DNA of 57,407 nt, counting the filler, from Squatina squatina (lineage: Eukaryota): NCBI GenBank assembly GCA_031763465.1. It is 3 parts of 3 records of this genome, joined end to end, with 100 filler letters (N's around TTAATTAATTAA, not from the genome) between each part and the next. Parts side by side here need not be neighbours in the genome. Positions count along the whole stretch, not along the records: positions 1 to 14,609 come from JARFOE010000168.1; 2 more parts are not named here. One strand, written 5' to 3'. Shown here in pieces: positions 1-13,395 of the stretch; the first letter of the stretch is position 1; the number at the start of each line of letters is the position of its first letter. Below the pieces are notes generated by a model that was not told where the DNA came from, did no database searches, and saw only the letters and a program-made list of their open reading frames with translations. The position numbers and the translations under genes are program-made.

Positions 1-1869
1 ACACAATTGACTATTTTACAGCTCAGCTCGTCGAGATTTTCACAGATGAGTTCAAAGACGAAAAACAGTGTGCCAACAGCTGTTCAATTTAAAGATTAGC
101 ATTGACAATTTACTGCAACACACAAACCAGTTCCAATACAGACTGGGGCCTCACATTACAAAAATGGGAGATGTGATGGTCTACAGAGTACAATTGAAGA
201 AGGAAATATTGTAGCCTCGAATACTTTACAAAAATGGTTACAACATTTCCTTCTTCAAGGTGGGGAAGACGGAATACACTGAATAAGGAACTTCAGGCAA
301 TAGAGATGGAAGTGCTGTTGGTCCAACAAACAATTAGAAATAAATTTTAGTTGATTTTGTAGAATCCTTTTTTACTTGGATGCCAGGGAGTTTCAAAATT
401 AAAATGATGCATGTGACAGATCCATAAAGCAAAACAGTTACAGAAATAGTGAAATATAAAGTTATGGGGGCAATAACTTTTACTCCAAAAGACACCATTT
501 CTGAAAACTTGCAGTCCACTAATAATGATAAACTTTGGAGCTCTTTCCATGGATTATTGTGTAAATGCATCCTCCTGCTCTTCCTGCAGCATTGATGTAA
601 GCCACAAAGATCAGGAAAAACCCAAGGTTTGATCACTGTTCTGTGGCAAGTTAGGAAATCTCATTCGGGGTAGTAGATAAGTGTGCTCCCAACACATCAG
701 CACCCCTATATGGTCAGAGGAGAAGCAAACGAAATCTTTAAAAATATATATCGGTCATGATCACCATGCAGTGCTGGAAAGTGCACAAATGTAGATGTGG
801 AGTGAGGACAAGATCAGGACTGTCTGCGATACCATGAACAAATAATTTTCTAACACTCACCGTCAAGGGTCACTTGGGTACCCAAGAGCTGCTGGCACTC
901 ATATCCAACAAGATGAAACCCTCATATGAAAAAGGGAGGAGAAAAATGGCAAACACTACAGTTGAATCCACATGCAAAATATGCAGTCCAGATAAATTCC
1001 TAGTAATGCCCCGACGCAGGCAAATTGTTCCCAAGTCCCAGTTTTGTTCCTTACATAGTCAGTGAAAGTATAGCCAGTCCTGTTTTAGGTGAATCTTGCT
1101 ACATCTCTTCCAATTTATTGAACAGAACCCAACTGTATAAACGACACTCGACAGTGATTAGCTGGTCTGGACCACATCAGTTATTTTTAAGCTGAAAGCA
1201 ACACGCAAGATAATACTGCTAATGGAACTCCCTGAATTGTACCTTTATTCATCAACATGTTCCCTATAATAAACATGCTCTTAATAGGTCTCGAATTCTT
1301 TCCAGTCATAAATTCTTTCCCCAAGACAACACTTTACCAGTGTAATATACTGCAGGCAGAAACACAATTCTGCTGTGCATACTTTAACCTAATGTAGACA
1401 TAATAAAATCACATCAGCTTTTACACAGGGCTTCCCTCGTCAGCTCTGACAGATGTATGCAAATACTATCTAGTCCCTTGTTTCACCCCTTGCTGTTTTT
1501 ACAATAATCCAGCAGTGCTTAAGGCCATTTTTTCAATGCCAGCCACATGCAAGACAGTGTTCGGGCACCCCAAACTTAATTTCAGTCCTCACTTCACATT
1601 CTGCAAACTTATGGCAACCATTTAGAGTCTTGCAAAACATAAGCAGACATTCCAATCTTGTTGATTCAGTGGTTTTCCCATTTTCCTGTTTCTGTCCTAA
1701 TTGAAAGTAATATTCCTGTAAACGATAGAAACCCTATAGATACCTGTAGGGTCGACAAATATGTTGCTTTGTTTCTGTGTTCTTCTTCTGTATGGAGGGG
1801 GAGCAGCATAGATTTGATTTTTTTGGGAATGAGATACATGATGATACATTGTGGTATTCTTGTCAACAG

Positions 1870-2001
1870 TACGGAGGTCTGGAGTCTATCATCACCGCAG
1901 TGATAGATGAGTATCCTCATCTGTTTGCTAAAAGGAGGGAGCTGTTTGTTCTGGGACTGGTCATTGTGTGCTTTATGGGCTCTCTCAGCACCCTTACTAA
2001 T
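1870..2001 (+). CDS. SLC6A4: Internal exon of a serotonin-transporter-like SLC6 gene (end of TM8 through TM9)
   Basis: caacag|TAC...AAT|gtaagt, 132 bp, phase 0-0. [44 protein letters not shown] aligns to recalled human SERT [44 protein letters not shown]. Which paralog it is remains uncertain. Confidence 0.85.
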
Positions 2002-2189
2002 GTAAGTCCAATCCTCAAAAATACCTTATGGTAATTTCCTATTTATTTGATTTCAGATTGTCTGCAAAATTGAAGAACACCCAGTGTTAGTCGTTGAATT
2101 GTAGAATTTACGTCATGCATGAAAAGAGAAGAGTATGCGTGTGTGTGTTTTTGGAGAGGAGGCAAGGCAACAAACTTGCAAGGCAGTTG

Positions 2190-2515
2190 TTGTAATGCCT
2201 TACCACATCCACAGGAGACCTTCACAGCTACTTTTCAAGTGTAGTCACTGTTATGTATGCAAACATGGCAGCCAATTTGTGGACAGCAAGATCCCACAAA
2301 CAGCAATGTGATAAATGACCGGTTAATTTATTCGGGTGGTGCTGGTTGAGGGATAAATGTTGGCCAGTAAACGAGGAGGATTCCCTTCCCTGCTTCAACT
2401 AGCGCTGTGGGATCATTGAAGTCCATCTGGAGAGGCAGAGAGGACCTTGGTATAACACACCATCCAAAATGCAGCCACCACCACCAACAACACATCACTC
2501 CCTCAGTATGCTAAA
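2190..2515 (-). mobile_element. Degenerate Deu-domain tRNA SINE
   Basis: Reverse complement resembles the copy at 55650-56090 (gcagccaatttg...cagcaagatcccacaaacagcaatg; cactccctcagta). Boundaries approximate. Confidence 0.75.
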
Positions 2516-2759
2516 GAGGCCCAGCCCTGAAAATGGACTGGGCCTCTAGCTGGGACTTGTGGATGACTGATGGTTGTGTTCCACCGGCAGGTCATCTGAA
2601 GGCCACACCGGGGATAATCTACCCCACGGATTCAACACTTTCAAGTCAGGTACAGCCCCNNNNNNNNNNNNNNNNNNNNNNNNNNNNNNNNNNNNNNNNN
2701 NNNNNNNNNNNNNNNNNNNNNNNNNNNNNNNNNNNNNNNNNNNNNNNNNNNNNNNNNNN

Positions 2760-3126
2760 CCATAAGTTGTTGCTCGAACTGCGGGTGCTGAGCCTTCCTT
2801 CCACGTCCAGGAGCCTTGGCTTGCTTGCCTTGGGGCTTTAGCTTGGTCCTTTGAGTTTCGCCAAAGTCGAATTTTTGCCTCGTTAACATCAAATTACCAT
2901 GCTGCCGCTCTGTTTTCAACAACTTTTATCACCTTAAGTTTGAAGGCTGCCATGTAACTTGCTCGTTTCGCTGCCATCATAACGGTTAAAATGAAGAATC
3001 CCGCCTTATCTACTGCAAAAGTCTTGGTGCATATTATACATGGTGATAACACAAATTTGACACTTTGTTCATGAAAATCGGAGTGCGTATTATATTTCAG
3101 GGCATATTATAATCGGAAAATTACAG
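2760..3126 (-). mobile_element. 5' end of a degenerate pogo/Tc2-type DNA transposon with a Brinker-type DNA-binding domain remnant
   Basis: Minus strand reads TA|CTGTAATTTTCCGATTATAATATGCCCTGAAATATAATACGCAC, a Tc2/pogo-like terminus after TA. From ATG 2980: MMAAKRASYMAAFKLKVIKVVENRAAAW*FDVNEAKIRLWR, then after a frameshift GRGRKAQHPQFEQQL, resembling the POGK BrkDBD. Truncated by the gap. Confidence 0.75.
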
Positions 3127-3553
3127 TAAGATTAGGTATTGCTGAAACATAACCAGATTTTAAAAAATAAAGAACGGTTGTTGGGAGAGAAAGCTCAGAA
3201 TTCGATGAGGCCTGGTCAGCCTTGAAAATAGAGCCCAAGACTCTAAAGTGTGCGAAATTCTCAGGTGAGCTCGCAAGGTTTTGGCGCAAGTGATGTTAAA
3301 TGTATGTTTAGTTATTGTCAGTAATTGTGATCATATGCTTAATAAATCTGTGAATGGCTACTTGTTATGTTGTGAACCCTATTATATTGGGGATAATTTA
3401 TAAGTAAGGACTCACATCCTCCAACAAAAACTATAAGTTGATTTAAAAGCTACGAGTGCTCATTCCTTGGGTTCATACATACACGTATAATTTTTAGGCA
3501 GTTTTTGTGCCATTGCCATTACAGCTCAAGTCACTGACGCACAACAACATTCA

Positions 3554-3880
<327 letters not shown>

Positions 3881-4379
3881 TTAAAAAATAAAATGAAATT
3901 GCATCTTTACAGTTCAATATTGTTGATTTTTTTCTTCCTCAAAGGAATTATTGGAGCAATTTTTAAAATTTTACTTATTTCATGCATAAAATTATTTTTT
4001 GAATAACTTATGGATTTACGTTGCTCAAATATTCTTTGATCTAGAGCACCGTTCTGATGTTTGGCTGGCAATCTGGCCAGTGCCTTTAAGGCCACTGCTC
4101 CAAGTAGGCAAATCCAGGTAATTGTAGCTACTTACAAACTTGAGGTCAGAAAGCAGTTGCAAGATCTTTAATATTTCAGGGTCTACGTTAATAACTGGCT
4201 TTTTGTTTTGAAAAAGTGTAACCTTAAGAAAAGGGTGCAGAATGCAAAATTACCTCTATGTACCATGCAAGCAGTGACATTATATTTATTAACTCCAGTT
4301 ATGCTATCAATTTGGCCATTGTACTGTGATCATTTGCATTACATTGACACCAGAAATGCACTAAGATCACAAAAACATT

Positions 4380-4735
4380 TAGGGCACGAAATTTATCCGC
4401 ACCCCGGGGCGGGAGATGGCACTTCTTGCGCCGGCTCCCGCCCCACCCATCACAGAATTTGTAGCTCCGGGGCGGAAGCGAGGCACAGCAATGTCGGCAT
4501 CGCTCCTGGCCGGAACTGGGGCGGCTTGCCCAGTACGTCGCTGGCGTGGCCTCAGCATCACGCCAGTGTCGTCATTTGCGCCGCGTCAGCGTGCTGCACA
4601 CTGACATCAGGCGTACTGCCAGGCCTCCCCTAAAGGGGAGGGCCGCCGGCTATCCTGGCGGCGCCCTGCGGCCCGACACTGGGCCACCAGGGACGCCGGT
4701 GACTGGGCCAGCAGCATGCCAGGCGAGAGGATGGC
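4380..4735. mobile_element. GC-rich non-autonomous element (MITE-like), truncated by gap
   Basis: Abrupt switch from AT-rich intron to CpG-rich sequence starting gggcacgaaattt; similar start motifs at about 12398, 51673 and 53570. Confidence 0.45.
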
Positions 4736-5030
4736 NNNNNNNNNNNNNNNNNNNNNNNNNNNNNNNNNNNNNNNNNNNNNNNNNNNNNNNNNNNNNNNNN
4801 NNNNNNNNNNNNNNNNNNNNNNNNNNNNNNNNNNNCCTATGTATCTGCTACGAACAAAAACTGATATCCCATCACAAGCAGTGCAGATGGTAATGATGTC
4901 AAGTAAAGGCCCAGTGTCCACAGCCACAATGCCACTTTCAGAGACAGGGGAATTAGGGGATGCATATGCTATATAAATTGGATTCCGACAGTTCCAGGCA
5001 TAGCCAAAGCCAGTAGGGCATTGGCAAGGC

Positions 5031-5651
5031 TGTAAGTGAGCTTTAAATTCATGAATTTGACACTCGCAGGAATCCAGTAGGATCCCTGGACAAGCCTGTG
5101 GATAGAGAATTCGAGGCTTAGGTGTGGCCTGTCTGGGTCAGCTGAGATCTGACCGGGGGCCAACAGGGGGAAGTGAAGAGGAAATATAAAAGAGTGTTCA
5201 GCATTTGCAGGGGACATCGGTTTTAGGAAAAATGAATATCAGTTTCCCATACTGAAAATGCATGATTAAGTTAAAATATAATGGAATGCTGTTTGACGAA
5301 GTTTCGGAAAGATTAGCAAGTACAATGGTCTCGGTTAACGACGTCTTGGAACAGTCAAAAGTAAGGAAATGCTTAAATGAGGAGAGGAGATGTCATTCAT
5401 TAATGAACAATGTAAACTGCTAAACTGGTTTAACGAATGTGTCAAGTCACTGTCATTTATGAACAGCAGGATGAAGGGGAGGAGATGTTATCCAAAACCC
5501 CAGAATCATGTATAAAACTCGATGTCATTTTGAACTCAGAGATCCCTAGGACTGGGGTTTTCCCCTGCATGTGGGCTTCCCGCATGCCTGTAATAAAGAT
5601 TCTTTCGTGACCACCTTCCTGGACTCCGAGTGGTGATTTTGACCCACAACA
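5031..5651 (+). mobile_element. Putative solo LTR (ERV-like)
   Basis: Starts TGTAAG, has TATAAAA at 5511 and AATAAA at 5592, ends ...GACCCACAACA (TG...CA). No clean TSD; the 5' boundary is uncertain. Confidence 0.5.
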
Positions 5652-5915
5652 CAGACCTTTCAGGAGTGAAATTAGGAAACACTTCTACACACAAAGGATG
5701 GTAGAAGTTTGGAACTCTCTTCCGCAAATGGCAATTGATGCTAGATCAATTGCTAGTTTTAAGTTGGAGATAGCTAGCTTTTTGTTAACCAAAAGGTATT
5801 AAGAGATATGGGGCAAAGATGGGTATATGGAGTTAGATTGCAGATCAGCCATGATCTCATCAAATGGCAGAACAGGCTCGAGGGGCTGAATGGCCTACTC
5901 CTATTCCTATGTTCT
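5652..5915 (+). mobile_element. CR1 LINE 3' end
   Basis: aggaaacacttctacacacaaagg...tggaactctct...gaggggctgaatggcctactcctattcctatgttct; the same tail recurs many times in the window. Confidence 0.85.
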
Positions 5916-7552
5916 TAATAAGTAGTTGAACATAGCAAAAAATTTACAGCATATATTTTAACAACTATTTGCAAATAATTCTTAACAATTGGCACAACCC
6001 AGTGAAACTGAAAGTAGATTTGTTAATGCCTGGTTTGCACCCTACAGTCCACAACTGTATCAATAAAAATATAATCTTTTGAATGAACAGGAATAGCAAA
6101 CCCATCATGTTACTTTAAAGTTGAGGAAAGCAGACACATAATGGTGGAAATTACAGTTTGCCTTCATAAATATATGCAACTTATACAATTAGCCTGGACT
6201 CCAAAAATTACAAATTTGCTAAAGAACAGGTCAAATTGGACCAAAACATGAGCAGTTCACCAAAGAGTGAAAGAAATAGGATGGAATAACCCAGCATAAA
6301 CTAGCACGAGGCATCTAATCACAGCCCATACCTGTAATAGGACAGATGCCAATCAATATGGGATGTGGATAATAAGCAGGGCTAGACGGCTAAAGAATGC
6401 AATTGGCTGAGTGATAAGTTTCAACATCTGTTATAAAGAAGCTGTGGAGTAAGTGACATACAAAATCAAAAGAGGTGGAGAAGGAAGAGGTAGATGGAGA
6501 GGAACAATGGTAAAGACATGAAGAAAAACCAAGCAGAATATATTTGGAAAGGAGTTAGGAACAAAGAGAAGCAAAATAGGCCAGGGTAGAAAGGAGAGAT
6601 ACAAGCACATGTAAGGAATGAAAAAGAGATATGGAGCTGACGATACAAGAGAAGAGAAAAATATATGAGATAAAGTATCGAGAGAGAAATGTGGGGCGAG
6701 TTGTTGAGAGAGAAACAGATTTGAGATAGCACGAAAGGTAGAGAACGAGCGAGAGGGAGAGAGCAATGAGACTGCACATATGAACGTGGGGAACATAATA
6801 GAAAGAAAATAGGCAGTACTAAAAGTTATGCGTCAGGGTCAACAGGACTGGGAGTGAGTATAATTCAGATTCTTCTAAAACCCAAATCAGCCAACAAAAA
6901 TAATCTTGATAATATGTATTCCCAGGAACATCCTGGTACTGGAGCCTTCCATATTTGATTATAACAATTATACACACTTTCAGTTCTATCTCAATTTTGA
7001 GATGTGAAAACCCCACCTATGACAAAAGTAAATATAACAAAATAAATATAACTAGCAGATATCCTATGCTGTCACTTAGGGTAAATATAAAATAGCATAA
7101 GGATAGGATTGTTGTATCATGTAATGCACAATAATGTATTATTCTGCTAAAACTGTTAAGGCCACAAAGTGAATGCTCAGTAAACACAGGCTCAGACCAG
7201 AACTCAATGGTTGTCTGATCATGGAATGGCTCAGATTATAAAGTGCAAGTCAGTTTCAGGCAGCAGGTCAGAAGCACTCAAAGAATGACCATCTGGATTG
7301 TCTTTGTGTGCCAGATGTACCATTTTTAATATACTAACAAATATCCTGTGGCACTGCTCATGGCAAGTTAGAAAATGGGCTGTTTTATAAGGGAAAGATA
7401 TTAAAATAGAATACAATGCATTATTCTGCTGCTAAAGTGTAGGCATGCATCTCTCCAAGGCCAAGTGAATACTTTGGAGTTAGTACACAGATTACTGAAG
7501 AGGCTGGAGATACTGTAGTTCCAGTATTTTCTCCTCGAGTCTGTACATTTCA

Positions 7553-7870
<318 letters not shown>

Positions 7871-8889
7871 TTACTATGTTATTCCTTTCAAAAAAAATCA
7901 TTGTCAAGCACATTTAAGGAAATTAATGCAATCAGTCTTTGCTCACACTCCAGCACTGCTGCAAAATAGAACAATGTTTCTGCCTTCTGCTAAGCAAAGC
8001 ATAGTCAGATATTGCAACTCTTCGAGCAGTATTGAATTTGTGGGTGAGGGAGGAAAAGAAAGCTGACTATTGATCTAGAGTTAGATGTGTGGCATCACTG
8101 GTTATAAGCACCACCCCTGCTCCCACCCTCCAAGCTCCAAATCATCACTGGTGCAAATTAAAAGCCAAATACACACACAACAGAACACACTAGAATAAAG
8201 TAAAATCAGAAATGCTGACCATACTCAGCAACTTCATCAGCATTTGTAAAGAGAAAATATAAATGAAACCATTCAGATGTAAACCCTCTGACAGTACTGG
8301 AAAGTAGTAAATAAGCATTCCCCTTTATAGGACTGTACAAAATAAAAGGTGGGAAGAAAAACAGGTAAAAGTCAAGTACATTACTGCTGTCACTTAGAAG
8401 CAGTTGATGGTTTAATAGTCTTGGCATGGAAGAAAACAGTGAGAATATATCAATGTATGGCAATAGAGGGGCACGCAAAAGAAACCACATTTAGAAGTAA
8501 CTCCAGGATGGAGAGAAATGAATGGGAGTTGGACAAGAGAAACAAGCAAGACAATACAGCCTCACTCTGAAATTGCTAAAGCCTATATTCAGATCAGTGT
8601 GCCCAATAGAAAAAGAAGATACTGTTCCTGTCTGCAATGAACTGGTTTGGAACAGTGTAGGTGGCCAAAATCTGAAGGATCACAATGGGAATGAGTTGAA
8701 AAGGTGAACCACAAAGAAGCCAAGGTTGCACTAGGAAATAGAACAGAGATGCTTGGTAACCAAGTCTTCCAGTCTGGCTTTGATTTTCCCCAAAGCAAAG
8801 GAGACCACGATGTAAGCAGCAAGTAAGATATTCTAGATTAGAGGAAGTATACATAAATCACTGTCTCACATGGAAGTGTTTAGGACCCT

Positions 8890-9411
8890 AGCTAAGGACA
8901 TGGGAGGAGGTAAACTGATGGGTATTGGGTCTGCTGTGGTTGCATGGGAAACTTTTGGGGAAGAGCGACAATCATAGCTCCAAGAGTATCTCCGGAAAGC
9001 TGAAGGGGAAGGAAAGATATGCTTGGTTGTGGGATCATATTATAGATACCAAACAATGAGCTGGTAAATGCAGATGCAAGGTGAACTTTGGTGTTTTTGT
9101 AAATGGAAGCAGAAAGGGCTTGAACAGAGTCATGGGAAACTTGGCAAACAATACCAAAGGCCCAGTCAACAGACGAGGAAAACAGACAGTTCGAAGCTCT
9201 CGTTTGAAAAGTGCAGTCATCAGAGTAGATACAACAGAGATGGAAAAACTGAGAGAAAAGGATGGAAGTATGTGAATAGAAGCATAATCCAGGAAGATGT
9301 GGACTTGTAATTGGTGGAAATGGAGACAAGTCCAGGAATGGGTGGCCACAGTCAGAGAGTGACCATGTAAAGGTGAGCGATGGGTAGAGATTAGAAGCGT
9401 GGTCAACTAAA
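8890..9411 (-). mobile_element. Degenerate Penelope-like retroelement (RT C-terminal region)
   Basis: Fragments LTFTWS...PFLDLS and SILFSQFFHLCCIYSDDCTFQTRAS resemble the PLE motif SIPYSQFLRLRRICSD; frameshifted. Confidence 0.75.
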
Positions 9412-9816
9412 TNNNNNNNNNNNNNNNNNNNNNNNNNNNNNNNNNNNNNNNNNNNNNNNNNNNNNNNNNNNNNNNNNNNNNNNNNNNNNNNNNNNNNNNN
9501 NNNNNNNNNNNNTAATGTAACTTCAAGAAAACCGTGTTTATCCATACCCTACAAAATAAAATTGAATTTAAAGAATATTAAGAAATGATGACGCAGTCGC
9601 ATCTATGTAACATTTCATTGGCTTTTTACTATAACCTATTAGCATGTTTTGCAGAAGAAACTTTTTTTAATTACAAAGAATATTAAGTACTTGTAATTAC
9701 TTAGACTTGCATAAACTAGTAATAAAATAATGTCTCATTTGTTGCTTCTGATTCGATCAAGATTTGCAATAAATACTGTCATTTACAGAGGTTTCACAGT
9801 AAACTTTTCTACACAG

Positions 9817-9901
9817 AGGCTGGCCAACCTGAGGTACCCTTAGACAGACAGTTTCTAGTGAATGAGCTGAATACAGTTGAAGATTCAAGCACAAAAACTG
9901 T
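9817..9901 (+). CDS. CEP20: CEP20/FOPNL internal exon (not in the ORF track)
   Basis: acacag|AG GCT GGC...ACT GT|gtaagc, 85 bp. (E)AGQPEVPLDRQFLVNELNTVEDSSTKT(V) vs recalled human ESGQPVVPLDRQFLIHELNAFEESKDNT. Phase joins the next exon. Confidence 0.9.
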
Positions 9902-10692
9902 GTAAGCAATTCCTAAAGTTTTTTTTTACTAAAAATAGCAATATAGCAATGGGTTGTATGTTTTATTTCTTACTTTTGATTTCGAACAGTATGTCCAAAT
10001 ATTATAAAATATGCAACTTCTTACAGATGTCCAATAATGACAGTATCACTTTATTATCTGAACAATGGGATGAATGAATAGATGCTTTAAAACTGGTGAA
10101 GTATTTTGAAATGTAACCCTGGAATACTAATTTAACTTAATACATTTATCAAGAGAAAATTATTATCGACATGTGGAATTTATTTGTGCAATTTGAAAAC
10201 CGTTAATACAATGAGATAAAATACCTGCCAGCATTTGGTATAACTCTAAATGAATACCTTTCTCAAAAATAAAGAAAAGAATTGGCTATTGTGGCAGTCA
10301 GAAATCTGTTCAAAAATTCATCTTATGTCCTCAGCACACCTTTGGATGCAGAAACATCTTGGAAGCTTTTCTATACAGTAAACTATTCGACCCTCTGCTA
10401 AGATTTGCTAAACTAAAACTGTTGAAGCCTATGAAAATCAGAGCTCATTTTTATAGTGTATTTTCAGTATGCTTCTAATTTTGTTATGTAAAAGGTTTCA
10501 TGGGCTGATTTTATGTGAAGAATGGCATACCTAACTGAACCCAAACCTGTACTGTGGCACAGTATGTCTGATTTGAATATTGTAATTGTTTTAATCACTA
10601 ATTTAAAATTATTTTGATACAAATGCAGTAAATTATCATTAAACTAAATAAATTTTAATCTGTGATTGAAAAGTATTTTTGTCTGCTTTAAG

Positions 10693-10829
10693 GCCTCTAC
10701 TCTATGGAATTCTAGCTCACTTTGTAAATGAGAGCAAAGAGGATGGAGCAAAAGCTCTGATCAAAGGTGCATCTATGCCCAACATAAAGAAAGTAACTTT
10801 AAGGCAACCAAATGAGAAACGCAGTCCAG
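10693..10829 (+). CDS. CEP20: CEP20/FOPNL penultimate exon
   Basis: tttaag|G CCT...CCA G|gtaggc, 137 bp. PLLYGILAHFVNESKEDGAKALIKGASM vs recalled human PLLYGILAHFLRGTKDGIQNAFLKGPSL. Confidence 0.9.
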
Positions 10830-11247
10830 GTAGGCCATTTGAAATTGAACTGGGTGGGGCTGGGAATATGTTGCACAGCGCAAAATTTATCAGTACTCTG
10901 TAACTTTATTCTAATATTCAAGACTACACATCACATTTTGTTGCAAAGATGTGTGTACTTAAGATAAAACAAACAACTAAAACACCCAATTGAACACTTG
11001 CTAACCAAGAATCAATCCTGAAATGTATTTATATCTTCAACTTTTCTGTTATCAGTGCATTGTAATATGGTTTAGAGTGCTCGTGAACAATTGTATATTG
11101 AATTCCCTGCCATGGGTTAAATTTACAGTACTTGCAACAGTTCAGATTGCCCTTTTTATCTTGTCACTTCTACCCCTAACCATATCCACTTTCCTCCTTC
11201 AGTTTTGTGGAGGCAGTTTTGTTAAAAGTGTAGATTTTTTTTTTCAG

Positions 11248-11321
11248 GTGACTTGCCTGAATCTGGTAGATTAGCAGGAAGAAGCTTTGAAGACCACTTT
11301 GTTCTCCGAGGTGGACATTGA
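11248..11321 (+). CDS. CEP20: CEP20/FOPNL terminal coding exon
   Basis: Poly-T tract then cag|; phase-compatible with the previous exon; (G)DLPESGRLAGRSFEDHFVLRGGH-TGA. Similar in length to the recalled human C-terminus but low identity. Confidence 0.7.
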
Positions 11322-11692
11322 TTACAGTTGACTATCCTTTACCAGTTTGTTATCCAACATCTTGCAGTTTTGTTAGCTGTAAAGGTAAATGTATAGCATT
11401 CTACAAAGCAGGAATGCAATTTGATGCCCTGTTCAACTCTTTTTTTAGTTTCTCCTTAAATTGATATCATATGCAGCTTTATTTGGAAGATCTAAACTTT
11501 GGCTAGCTACCAGTAATGAGAACAGCCTCGGACTGCTATGGATTAACACAAGAGCATTTGTATCATGCTGCTAACTCTCATACTGCAAACAAATGCATGA
11601 AATTATCACTTGACTGAAGGTTTTTAATGTGTTAATATTCCTTTTGTGTCGAGGCTGCATTGTTACAATTATTTTTAATAGCCTATTTTCAC

Positions 11693-11698
11693 AATAAA
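11693..11698 (+). promoter_or_regulatory. Candidate polyadenylation signal of CEP20
   Basis: AATAAA about 370 nt after the predicted stop codon. Confidence 0.4.
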
Positions 11699-11836
11699 CT
11701 AGTTTACTCTTGNNNNNNNNNNNNNNNNNNNNNNNNNNNNNNNNNNNNNNNNNNNNNNNNNNNNNNNNNNNNNNNNNNNNNNNNNNNNNNNNNNNNNNNN
11801 NNNNNNNNNNNNTTGATAGGTCATTACTAAGACATA

Positions 11837-12184
11837 ATGGCACAGAAGTCTGGCAGCCAGGGTGGAGATGCTGACTCATTTCTCTTTGTGGATAAAAACT
11901 TCAACAACCCACTCGTCCAGGCTGACTGGTCAGCTAAGAAATTGGTCTGGGTGCCTTCGGACCGCAATGGCTTTGAAGCTGCAAGCATCAAGGAGGAAAA
12001 GGGGGATGAAGTTATTGTTGAATTGATGGAAAATGGAAAGAAAGTTACAGTTAATAAAGATGACATCCAGAAGATGAATCCCCCAAAGTTCTCCAAAGTT
12101 GAGGACATGGCGGAACTGACTTGCCTGAATGAAGCGTCGGTGCTGCATAATCTGAGGGAGCGCTACTACTCAGGACTTATCTAT
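11837..12184 (+). CDS. MYH11: Smooth-muscle myosin heavy chain, first coding exon
   Basis: Acceptor AG at 11818-11819, ATG at 11837, donor TAT|gtgagt. MAQKSG...[27 protein letters not shown]...[23 protein letters not shown] and synteny with CEP20-ABCC1 favour MYH11 over MYH9 or MYH10. Confidence 0.9.
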
Positions 12185-13334
12185 GTGAGTAAGCCATTCA
12201 GTTATATTGAGTGTTTGAAAGCATGCTGAGCAGAAACCCTCTAGTAGTCTTGAGCAAACATTAGGCATGGCACATCAAAACTGAAAGAGCGTGGAAATAG
12301 AGTAATTCCTGAAAATATAGTTGTAATAAAGTTCAGAAGCTACTGTGCACAAGAAAAAAAATCTAAATCAATTGAAACTCAAACCTCTAGACATTATGAG
12401 GTTGATATTCTCTGTCGGCATGGCAGGAATGGGCAATAGCATTCTGACAATCGGGGCACTGAACTTACCGCCCCTATTTCATTTCAGGCAAGCACCTCAT
12501 TAAGGCAGCAAATCAGGCTCCTATGACATACATAGGACCCCCACTCAAATGTCAGGTACTAATGGCAGAGTGTACTCTAGTCATTGGTACTAGACGTAGA
12601 GCGGCCTAATTAGTGGTCCTTAAAGGGACAGCTGTGAGCCACTTACAGAAATGCCAATGTTCCTTTTGGCACACACAAATCATCCTACCCAATGTGGGCC
12701 CCTCCATATTCCCCCTCCCACGATTGTCTCCCCCACTTGACTTCCAACTTGCTGCTCAGCTCTGCAAAGGAGCAGCTGGATTTTCCGCCATCCCCGCTCT
12801 GATCGGCAAGGTGCCTGTGAGAACTCTGCTCAGCACGCGTAGTTGACCAATNNNNNNNNNNNNNNNNNNNNNNNNNNNNNNNNNNNNNNNNNNNNNNNNN
12901 NNNNNNNNNNNNNNNNNNNNNNNNNNNNNNNNNNNNNNNNNNNNNNNNNNNCAGATGTTCGGAAGCCTGGTCTCTTTATGTGCAGGCTTGCATTACCCTG
13001 GGCCAGGAGGACGTATAAGGAAAGGGTTGAATTGCTGTATAAAGTTTCATGCTGCCCTGCGGTGATTTAAGGGCCAGTACAGGGACAAATGCGACACACA
13101 CAAGCCCAGAGCTAACAACTAATCAGTTGCATGTCTTAGTAAATCATCCCTACCCATGTTATTTTATCGAACATACGGTATTATTCGGCTCTTATTCACT
13201 CGTTGTGAATAGATTACAACGTTTGTAATTAAGAACAACGGGTGGTGCAAAATTTACAGGTTTATCCTGATGACAGAAGATGTCACATACGTCATTTGTC
13301 ACAGCAGAACATAATAATTATACTGTATTGAGCA

Positions 13335-13395
13335 AGAGAGAGAAAGAGAGTGAGTGTGAGGGATAGAGGGTGAGAGAGAGAGCGAGAGAGTGAGA
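13335..13395. repeat. Imperfect (GA)n microsatellite
   Basis: agagagagaaagagagtgagtgtgag...gagagagagagcgagagagtgag. Confidence 0.8.

Noticed and set aside
480-620. FHGLLCKCIL resembling a SWIM/MULE zinc-finger remnant
   Set aside because: Too short and interrupted by stops to support a call without a profile search.
4208-4927. Cluster of GC-rich ORFs or a CpG-island promoter
   Set aside because: No recognisable protein and intronic to ABCC1; better explained as a GC-rich non-autonomous element.
6431-6796. Hydrophobic 'membrane protein' ORFs on the minus strand
   Set aside because: Translation of a purine-rich low-complexity tract with no splice or homology support.
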